Origin: a virus
Direction: 5' to 3' (one strand)
Length of the DNA stretch: 64,000 bases
IMG/VR virus record: IMGVR_UViG_3300007639_000002
Coordinates: 15,144-79,143 of that record
In this document: in pieces, positions 56,693 to 64,000 of the stretch
Layout: every line of letters starts with the position of its first letter
Numbering within the stretch: position 1 is the stretch's first letter
Program-made: the position numbers and the translations under genes
The notes under the pieces: model-generated
Seen by the model: the letters and a program-made list of their open reading frames with translations, nothing else
The model's database searches: none
What the model was told of the DNA's origin: nothing

Positions 56693-57476
56693 CTACTTCT
56701 TTCCAACACACCTTTTGATATGCACATGCCTTGCATGTTTTGCTTGTAGGACTTTCTACCCACACGGGACGCATGGGAGGGATGCCTGAGTCTAAACCAC
56801 GAACTACAGTTTGACAACCAGACAAAATGGATTCAATTTGCTCAGGTTGAAACTTAACAGAAAACTCTTTTACGTCTTGTGTTGCTTTCCATTCATACAA
56901 GAAAACACCTTCATGGATACCTGTGCAGTACATGTACAGCATGATTTGACGTAAGTGAGTTTGAAATGGCTGACGAATCTGTTTCCATACTTCGTCCATT
57001 GTTATTTCCTTGTGGCTATACCGAAGCCACAAATCGTAGTGTTCCATACGGACTGTGCCAATGCCAACACTTTTAATCTCTAAGATTGCTTTACCCTTAG
57101 CGTCGTTAATGATGCCGTCGGCGTGACCCATGAGGTGATGCTCTTCGTTAATGATGGGTACTTCAACTTGTTCAAGTACTCCTGCCTTAGTTAACCACGT
57201 CTGCCACTTGTCGTGAATAGCGTGACCTTCAGCAAAGATGTTAAGGGTCTGGAAACTTAAAGGCTTATCATCACGTTCGTAACCCTTGATGGTGTACCAA
57301 GAAGAACGGGGACACCAATCCTTCTTACAGATCTCTGAAGGATGCAGATGCTCTGTGTCACGTGTGCTCTCTAGTTGCTCACGCATAAGCATCTCTTCTG
57401 CAACAGGTATAAGCCTGCTGTGTGACAGCAAGGACTTCTTATAGTTCTTGAGGTGCCATGGGGTATCGTCAGTCAT
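56628..57476 (-). CDS. Cas4-like PD-(D/E)XK exonuclease
   Basis: HPSE...CPR, G.AIH, GHADG, LEIKS, Q..LY, CKAC.Y..VC. Confidence 0.8.
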   Translation of the reverse strand: MTDDTPWHLKNYKKSLLSHSRLIPVAEEMLMREQLESTRDTEHLHPSEICKKDWCPRSSWYTIKGYERDDKPLSFQTLNIFAEGHAIHDKWQTWLTKAGVLEQVEVPIINEEHHLMGHADGIINDAKGKAILEIKSVGIGTVRMEHYDLWLRYSHKEITMDEVWKQIRQPFQTHLRQIMLYMYCTGIHEGVFLYEWKATQDVKEFSVKFQPEQIESILSGCQTVVRGLDSGIPPMRPVWVESPTSKTCKACAYQKVCWKEVDDENSSTPSAGSVWSDNGGLP

Positions 57477-57798
57477 TAGTTGTTAACTCCAAAAAATCGT
57501 CTTCAGTAAGTATGACGTAGCGACGATTAGCGAGATCAAACTGCAAAATCGGTACACGGTCTTCAATAATTGCACGTTCTCTCAATTCTCTTAAATCTAC
57601 ATCTTTGATGGTAATGCTTTTTGTGGCTATCGTGAGTTTATTTTCAATAAGAAACTCTTTAGACCGGACATCATTTTTACGCATCCAGCCGCTACCAGAA
57701 CCTGCGTTACGGCTACCACGATAAGTATCCGCTGAACGCTTCTCCTGCTTGCGAGACTTCTTGATAATGTCTTTGCGTTCTTCTCCACCGAATATCAT
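57469..57798 (-). CDS. PD-(D/E)XK nuclease / resolvase-like protein
   Basis: QEKR, GSGSG..KNDV, IENK. Confidence 0.65.
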   Translation of the reverse strand: MIFGGEERKDIIKKSRKQEKRSADTYRGSRNAGSGSGWMRKNDVRSKEFLIENKLTIATKSITIKDVDLRELRERAIIEDRVPILQFDLANRRYVILTEDDFLELTTND

Positions 57799-58823
57799 AC
57801 AACCGGAACATTGAAGTGCGTAAGTACTTCAGTACGTAGTTTCTCTTGCATGCCAATGTCCTCACGGAATCCGAGGATCATTGCATCTTTACCCTGCCAA
57901 CGTTGCCCATCATATGAATAGTAGGCACCGGCACGTGTAATGATGTCACATGATGCTGCAATGTTTATCATGTCCTTGATGGTGTCAAATTGACCTAAAT
58001 CAAACCCTTTAGTACCAGCAAAGTAAAAGTCAACAACGGCTACCTGCTGTGGGCGATAGGTCTTGTTCTTGATAGTGCGACCCTTAATAGATTGCCCGAC
58101 GGTTTCGTCTTTGTCTTTAATCCATTCGTCACGTTTTACTTCTACACGACAGAAGTAATGGAAGTTCTTAGCCTTACCACCGGGAGTAGTGCGTGGGTCA
58201 CCCCACATCACGCCAATCTTGTCACGCCACTGGTTGATAACAAGACCGGTGCACCCACGGTCTTCATGCACCAACGAGCGCTTTTGTGCCTTAGACGACT
58301 TACGGAAGAACTTACCCGTTAAGCGAGCACCAAGACCCATAGTGAACTCGTCCATGTTTTTCTCAAATTCATCTCCGGGAACCAGTGAAGGGAGTGAGTC
58401 AATGACAATAAGGTCTACGGCACGGTTATCTAGTGTGCGAATGATGAGGTCATAAACCTGCTCCATGATGTTGGATTCAACTACCCACAGACGATCAAGG
58501 TCTACGCCGATAGCCTTTGCGTATTCTGGTACATAGTCTTCAGCGGCAATCCATAGCGCACAGAAGTTTGGGTCAAGCGCTTGGTTAGCGGCAATAGTCT
58601 TGTAAGCCATAGCGGTCTTACCTGATGACTCTTCACCAATGATTTCACTCCATTGGTTCATAGGCCACCCACCCCCAAGCATGAGGTCAAAAGCAAGTAC
58701 TCCCGTAGTAATACGGGGCATCTCTTCTTTTACGTCGCTACCCTTGACAATGATGTCGTCGCCATACTTCTTTTGAATAGAAGAAATAATGGACTGTAAT
58801 GATTCTCTTGTATCTGCTGGCAT
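57795..58823 (-). CDS. recA: RecA recombinase
   Basis: GEESSGKT, VIDS, INQWR.KIGVMWGDP.TTPGG.A. Confidence 0.92.
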   Translation of the reverse strand: MPADTRESLQSIISSIQKKYGDDIIVKGSDVKEEMPRITTGVLAFDLMLGGGWPMNQWSEIIGEESSGKTAMAYKTIAANQALDPNFCALWIAAEDYVPEYAKAIGVDLDRLWVVESNIMEQVYDLIIRTLDNRAVDLIVIDSLPSLVPGDEFEKNMDEFTMGLGARLTGKFFRKSSKAQKRSLVHEDRGCTGLVINQWRDKIGVMWGDPRTTPGGKAKNFHYFCRVEVKRDEWIKDKDETVGQSIKGRTIKNKTYRPQQVAVVDFYFAGTKGFDLGQFDTIKDMINIAASCDIITRAGAYYSYDGQRWQGKDAMILGFREDIGMQEKLRTEVLTHFNVPVV

Positions 58824-58832
58824 CTTGTCTCC

Positions 58833-59204
58833 TTAGTTTGACCATGCTGATTGGCTGGCTTGGTCATACATACCATTCCAACCGCATTCGTAGCAGCGTG
58901 GTGCAGGTGCTGCACCATTTTGCATATTTCCTTTTGCCCTAGTAAACACGTAACCACTTCCACAATCAGGGCATGTCTGTTCTTGACGTGCTGCTTCTCC
59001 ACCTTTGGTGTACCCCATACGTAGTGCTTCTGAAAATGATTCAGGCTTTACGTTTGGATCAGGCTGTTGAGAAGTTACACGGTTAGGTGGGTTCTGTGCC
59101 TGTGGAAACCTAACAGGTGATTCCACTGGAGGCAAGTTTGGGCGTGGTGCAGTAGGTTTTTCCCCTGCAAGTTTCTTTGACCACCAGTCAGTCATAGTAT
59201 TCAT
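58833..59204 (-). CDS. Zinc-ribbon hypothetical protein
   Basis: CPDCG...CYECG. Confidence 0.6.
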   Translation of the reverse strand: MNTMTDWWSKKLAGEKPTAPRPNLPPVESPVRFPQAQNPPNRVTSQQPDPNVKPESFSEALRMGYTKGGEAARQEQTCPDCGSGYVFTRAKGNMQNGAAPAPRCYECGWNGMYDQASQSAWSN

Positions 59205-59541
59205 CCTTTAATGCATCGTTTACAACTAAAATAACTAAACCACGTTCTACCATTTTATTTAACATGGAAACCGCAAAGACTGTCAAGGCACTTTGAAATT
59301 CATCAGCGGGGGATGATATCTTATCCAAAGAATGCAGGAAGTGGGCAAACCATTCAGCCGACTCAGTAATGTCTTCGTACACTCCAGACTTCGCAAACAA
59401 AACCCATCTAGACAATATGTCCATTATTTCAAGTTTTTGCACATCCTCAGACGGAATTTGAAACCCCATCTGATGAGCGTAGGCTTGCCCTTCTGTGGCA
59501 GACAGCATCAAGTAAAACATTCTTTCATCGGTAACAGACAT
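59188..59541 (-). CDS. Hypothetical protein
   Basis: 117 aa, coupled to neighbours. Confidence 0.55.
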   Translation of the reverse strand: MSVTDERMFYLMLSATEGQAYAHQMGFQIPSEDVQKLEIMDILSRWVLFAKSGVYEDITESAEWFAHFLHSLDKISSPADEFQSALTVFAVSMLNKMVERGLVILVVNDALKDEYYD

Positions 59542-61613
59542 TAACCCTTCGCTTCTGCCCAGTTGAGCGCATGGTGATAAGAGACTTTTAGGGGAACCCC
59601 GTTAATTACCTTATCATCTCCCATTGCGGTCAAAAATGGATGGATAATGTCATCTAGTACACCGTCAGGAACAGCAACCACAAGTTCGTCGTGTACCTGT
59701 ACCAGCATCTTTGCGCCGGTTCCAATAAGAGTCTTGTGAATGTCAATCATGGCTTGCTTACAAAGGTCAGCAGCACTTCCTTGTACCACAGCGTTCACAG
59801 CCTGACGTTCGGCACGTGAGCGTGCTTCTTGGTAACCAGACCGTAGGTCGGGGAGGCGACGATACCTGCCCGCCAATGTAGACACGTAGCCATACTTCTT
59901 ACCCTGAGCAACTACCTGTTGCTTCCACTCAGTCAGTCCTGAGAACTGACGATAATACTCTTGAATCATATGCTGAGCGTTATCAAAAGAGATACCAGTA
60001 GTACGTGCCAACTTGCCAGCACCACCACCGTAAGCGGTAAGGAAGTTAACGCCTTTACCTATTTGACGTTCTTCACTAGTAACATCCTCTATCTTCTTTT
60101 TAAATAGAAGAGCAGCAGCGCCGGTGTGAATGTCAATGTTGTTATTAAATACATTCATAAGTTCTTTGTCTTGAGAGAACATCGCCATAACACGTAGTTC
60201 AATTTGGTCATAGTCTGCTACAAGCAGGGTGTGCCCTTCGGGGGCAACAAACAAACTACGCACGTTAGAACCACGTGGGACGTTCTGAAGGTTGGGGTCA
60301 CTAGAGGACAGGCGACCTGTTGCGGTGCGGTGCAAGTGAAATGATGGATGCAGCCTGCTCTGATATAACTTTGGAAGAAGACCATCAACATACGTTGACT
60401 TTAACTTCTGTGTTTCAGACCACTCCAGCATCAAAGTTAGTGCAGGGTGTTCTTTCTCTAAGAACCGTAAGGACTCTTCATCAACAGATGGTGCGCCACC
60501 CTTAGTCAACTTGTGAGGCTTAAGACCTAAACCACCTTCACGCTTTTTATTAAACAAAAACTCCTGTTTATTTTTAGTGGAGTCAGGATTAAAGCCAACG
60601 GGTGTGTGCTCAGATAGCGCAAGCAAAGTGTCACGCATCTTGTTGTCCAATTCTTTACCCAGCACCACCATGTTGCGGTGGTCTACTGGGATGCCCTCGT
60701 TCTCCATCTCCATAAGAATGCGAAGAACCTGAGAGTCTTGATAAAAACACTTGACTAGAGAGTCATTTATTTTAATCTTTCCCCACAGGCGCTGATACAG
60801 CATCCATGTCCAGCGAACGTCAAGGTGCACATAGTTAATAGCCTTGTCGTAAGGGACAATACTAATAATCTTTCCCAACTTGCCATCACGTGCGTAGGCT
60901 TCATGCTTGTCGTAATTATGGATGATGAGGTTCTCAAGAGAATATGACATCAAGTTCTCATTGACAATGTGCTGCATAACCATCGTGTCGGCGTATGGAC
61001 CCGGTGGTAGTTCACCGTAGTACTTAGAAATACTGCGAGCGTCAAACTTGACGTTGTGACCTATCTTAACAATGTCACTAAAGAACAAGGGCTTTAGAAC
61101 TTCTAAAACCTCAGACCTAGACAACTGTTGTGGAGGAGCACTGTATGTTGCAGGAATATGGTAACGGTCTTTAGCCGTAGACTCTTGACCATTCTTAAGA
61201 ATCTTGCGGTAACCCTCAGGTGGAACGGTAGTCCCGTCACCTACTTCTTCGGGTGTCAGCATAAGACCAAGGGGATGCCCCATAGGTACAGCCCACGACT
61301 CACCTTGCGTTGCAAGACCAATCCAAAACACTTCATTGCGTAGAGGATCTAACGCCAGCATAGAACTATATTTATCTACATAGTTATCATGAGCACGGCG
61401 TTGTATTTCAGGACTTGGGTTTTTAAGCGTAGCAATGTGCTTTTTCCATGCAACTTCCATGGTCTGCACAAGGTCAGGGTGGCGTTCAAGAATGCCACGT
61501 GTTTCTACGTCAAATACAAAAGCCCCGACCTCTTTAATACGTTGAACTGCTTGTTCTAACTCTTGGATAGTTGTAACAACGTTGTAAGTCGTAGGGGCTG
61601 CACCCCTAGGCAT
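59541..61613 (-). CDS. polA: DNA polymerase, family A, with 3'-5' exonuclease
   Basis: FDVET, HNVKFD, TATGRLSS.DPNLQN, ADYDQIELR, R..GK.VNF..AYG, QVHDE. Confidence 0.92.
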   Translation of the reverse strand: MPRGAAPTTYNVVTTIQELEQAVQRIKEVGAFVFDVETRGILERHPDLVQTMEVAWKKHIATLKNPSPEIQRRAHDNYVDKYSSMLALDPLRNEVFWIGLATQGESWAVPMGHPLGLMLTPEEVGDGTTVPPEGYRKILKNGQESTAKDRYHIPATYSAPPQQLSRSEVLEVLKPLFFSDIVKIGHNVKFDARSISKYYGELPPGPYADTMVMQHIVNENLMSYSLENLIIHNYDKHEAYARDGKLGKIISIVPYDKAINYVHLDVRWTWMLYQRLWGKIKINDSLVKCFYQDSQVLRILMEMENEGIPVDHRNMVVLGKELDNKMRDTLLALSEHTPVGFNPDSTKNKQEFLFNKKREGGLGLKPHKLTKGGAPSVDEESLRFLEKEHPALTLMLEWSETQKLKSTYVDGLLPKLYQSRLHPSFHLHRTATGRLSSSDPNLQNVPRGSNVRSLFVAPEGHTLLVADYDQIELRVMAMFSQDKELMNVFNNNIDIHTGAAALLFKKKIEDVTSEERQIGKGVNFLTAYGGGAGKLARTTGISFDNAQHMIQEYYRQFSGLTEWKQQVVAQGKKYGYVSTLAGRYRRLPDLRSGYQEARSRAERQAVNAVVQGSAADLCKQAMIDIHKTLIGTGAKMLVQVHDELVVAVPDGVLDDIIHPFLTAMGDDKVINGVPLKVSYHHALNWAEAKG

Positions 61614-62284
61614 TAATCTAAATCTTCGTTAGCGACTACTAACAAGTCTTTACGTGCTGGAATAGAAATGATGTCGGCAGTGTATGCACGTGCAATCAAA
61701 TCGTTAAGCCCGTTGTCTGTAAGCGAAGCAATGCCCCACTCTTCAAGGTCACTTGCCTTAACCATTTGGTGGTTAGTTGCGGTAGTTGAACCCTTACCGG
61801 TTTTTGATACTGCCCAAAAATGCTTTGAGAGAGGTCCTGTACGTGGATCAGTGTGAAAGTTCTTCAACTGGTCAATAATACGAGGTCCAACTTCATAGGA
61901 CTTGAGTACAGGCTCTTCGCCGGGAATAAGCAATGCTACGTTAAAAGCAATGCGGATTGATGGACGGCTACCCGCATCACAAAGTGGGCAACCCTTTTCG
62001 TCAAAGTCTCCAATGCATACAAAGGACTTCTGACCTTGGCGTTCAATCCAATGCTGCCTCCATGAGGCATAAGGTTCGTCGCTAAGGAACTTCACAATCT
62101 GTGGCTCCTCAACAACTTTGAGGCGTTGTGCAAATGGAGAGTCGGCATTCTTAACTGCCTCTACACCACCCCAGCCACCACGCACAAGTGTGCGAGCAGG
62201 TGCTGTTGCAACGCTACTTACTTCATCTGTCTTTACGTCGTTATCGTCGTCGTACTTTCCCATATATCTTCCTAACGTTTCCAA
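61613..62284 (-). CDS. Single-stranded DNA-binding protein (gp32-like)
   Basis: QHW...C.......CPLC Zn motif; adjacent to polA. Confidence 0.55.
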   Translation of the reverse strand: METLGRYMGKYDDDNDVKTDEVSSVATAPARTLVRGGWGGVEAVKNADSPFAQRLKVVEEPQIVKFLSDEPYASWRQHWIERQGQKSFVCIGDFDEKGCPLCDAGSRPSIRIAFNVALLIPGEEPVLKSYEVGPRIIDQLKNFHTDPRTGPLSKHFWAVSKTGKGSTTATNHQMVKASDLEEWGIASLTDNGLNDLIARAYTADIISIPARKDLLVVANEDLD

Positions 62285-62706
62285 TTGTCTTTGATGTATT
62301 TTCTGAAACCATCCCAGTCACCTGAGTAGTGTTCCGATATTCCGAATCTTTCCACACCGTCTAGCAGTGTGTCAAGTTGATCTTGGCTGTAGAGCCTACG
62401 ACCTTTCGGTACCTTACCGGGAATTTGTTCAGATTGTGGAGTGGGAGTACGAAAACTGGGTTTTGGAATCCAGCCCTTACTTTCCCACATCCTGATTGTT
62501 ACTGGGCTTTTACCCAGTGCTTTGCATACTTCACCAATGCTGTAAAACGTTTGCCTTACTCCATTGATGATGTAATCCTTACCCTTAGCGCCGTTGTAAC
62601 GGTCATTAAGGATAGAAGACTGTAACTGTGCTTCAGGGCGATTCTTTGGTTGTTTCTTGCCGGGAAAATCCGGTAAGTCCCCAAACAAATCAAGGACATC
62701 TTTCAT
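62272..62706 (-). CDS. MerR-like HTH DNA-binding protein
   Basis: YSIGEV..ALGKS.VTIR.WE.KG.IP...RRLYS. Confidence 0.75.
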   Translation of the reverse strand: MKDVLDLFGDLPDFPGKKQPKNRPEAQLQSSILNDRYNGAKGKDYIINGVRQTFYSIGEVCKALGKSPVTIRMWESKGWIPKPSFRTPTPQSEQIPGKVPKGRRLYSQDQLDTLLDGVERFGISEHYSGDWDGFRKYIKDNWKR

Positions 62707-63089
62707 GCCTTAAAAGCCCATGACTCTTTCTCTACATAGAAAGATTGAATAACTTCTTCAGATTCTTTGTGGTTCCATGCGTACCCAAGAAGTTTGTCCT
62801 CACTAAGGGCTTCCACAACTTCTTTTACGTCATCCCATAAACCCTTCTCACGTGCCCATGCTTCTGCTGCACTTGTGTTTAGTGAACGAGATACACGGCG
62901 TTCGTACTTGAGGTCAGAACCAGCAATAGACCACCACAGGTGTCCTTTGTCATCAACAATGCCTTTTTCCTTTAGAGCCTCAACAAGTTCCTTTTTTAGA
63001 ACATCTTGACGTTTAGTCAAAGAGTCTATGGCTTCTTTGCTTTTCTTAAAGTCTTCTATCAACTTTGCGTAATATGTGTCGTCTTGCAT
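62703..63089 (-). CDS. Hypothetical protein
   Basis: 128 aa with an N-terminal coiled coil. Confidence 0.55.
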   Translation of the reverse strand: MQDDTYYAKLIEDFKKSKEAIDSLTKRQDVLKKELVEALKEKGIVDDKGHLWWSIAGSDLKYERRVSRSLNTSAAEAWAREKGLWDDVKEVVEALSEDKLLGYAWNHKESEEVIQSFYVEKESWAFKA

Positions 63090-63090
63090 C

Positions 63091-64000
63091 TTATACCTCT
63101 GAGTGTGAAAGGAACTCGGAAAGAGTTCCTAGATTGAGTTCAAACTTACCTTGCGTATCATAACCTTTGTCAATAAACGCCTTATTAATTTCTCGTTTTT
63201 GTTGGAGCATCTCGTACTGACGTTCTTCAATGCTGCCTTTCATGACGAAGGCTGTAATTGTAACATGGGGATGTACGGATGACAAACGGATTATTCGGGC
63301 ATCTCGTTGGTCCAACTTACCGGCAGACCATGGGAGGTCAAAAGAAATGAGATAGTTTGCGTTCGGCAAGTCAACTCCGTACCCTCCCGCATCTGAGGAT
63401 AAAAAGATACGACAATTGGGGTCGGTTGCAAACTTGGTCTTGGCTCGGTCTCGTTCTTCTGCTCCCATTCCTCCCATGAAGAGGACACTATCCGTAATAG
63501 ACGCAGTTGCTTCCTTGATAACCCGTAGGTTCTTTTTAAAAAACGAAAATAGAACCACCTTGTTATTTGGGTCCTCATTTAGTACATCCTCAATGTAGTT
63601 AACAACGGCATCTAGTTTGGGTGCCTTATAGACCGTGGGAACACGCCCTTGGGCAACCAGTTTGGATGCATAGGCGCTACCTTCATCGTGCTTATTAGGG
63701 TCATTAAACGCTGCCGCTGACTCCAACACCAACTTAGGGTTGTCGCACAGCATACGAAGAACAGTAAGCCTAGACATAATTTGACCCTGTGCTTCATTTC
63801 CACCACCTCCGTTGTAGTGAGACCACAGGTCAAAACTACGACCATGTTGAGATATTGCCTTCTGAATCTCATTCAATAAATCTTTAGCAATGCTTTCGTA
63901 TAACGCTGCACCGGCTTTATCAAATTGAACTGGTATTACTTGATGTATAACTTCAGGTAACTGGTCTGCAATATCTTCACGTGTCTTGCGAACCATTACC
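63091..64000 (-). CDS. SNF2-family helicase, C-terminal part (5' end outside the window)
   Basis: KVVLFS, SSDAGGYGVDL, DLPW....QR.ARI.R. Confidence 0.85.
   Translation of the reverse strand, partial: VMVRKTREDIADQLPEVIHQVIPVQFDKAGAALYESIAKDLLNEIQKAISQHGRSFDLWSHYNGGGGNEAQGQIMSRLTVLRMLCDNPKLVLESAAAFNDPNKHDEGSAYASKLVAQGRVPTVYKAPKLDAVVNYIEDVLNEDPNNKVVLFSFFKKNLRVIKEATASITDSVLFMGGMGAEERDRAKTKFATDPNCRIFLSSDAGGYGVDLPNANYLISFDLPWSAGKLDQRDARIIRLSSVHPHVTITAFVMKGSIEERQYEMLQQKREINKAFIDKGYDTQGKFELNLGTLSEFLSHSEV

Noticed and set aside
56628-57476. Cas4-like gene as evidence of CRISPR-Cas
   Set aside because: Solo Cas4-like nucleases are ordinary in phage recombination modules.

Overview
This 64 kb window is part of a large tailed dsDNA phage genome. 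The host is most likely an actinobacterium, given two WhiB genes and pervasive leaderless TANNNT-N6-ATG starts; Acidimicrobiia is only a tentative guess. Almost all genes are on the minus strand. From left to right: peptidase, phosphoesterase and terminase (1-5.9 kb); endolysin, glycosyltransferase, halogenase and 2OG oxygenase, then tail-fibre/structural genes (7-21 kb); accessory enzymes, many with their own -10-only promoters (21-29.9 kb); an accessory/early region (30-43.9 kb); WhiB, nucleotidase and low-complexity proteins (44-55 kb); and a replication/recombination block with SpoVS, resolvases, Cas4-like nuclease, RecA, PolA, SSB and SNF2 helicase (55-64 kb). The main discovery is the 30.0-42.9 kb region, an array of 33 copies (counted by eye) of one promoter cassette, TAGGAWTCGTSACY-N16-TANNNT-N6-ATG(ACA)n. 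Its TAG is usually also the stop codon of the previous gene, so most small ORFs (ArdA-like, YubB-like, acidic proteins) look like self-contained leaderless transcription units. The same array carries non-coding units: a double-pseudoknot RNA, a hairpin displaying an anti-Shine-Dalgarno loop, and a hairpin whose loop is antisense to the array's own ACAACAACGAAA 5' ends. Three perfect parS palindromes lie at the array's edge beside a ParB-like gene. Together these suggest, by inference only, an RNA-based translation-takeover and timing system in a shufflable early cassette array. All product calls come from motif recognition; no database search was run.
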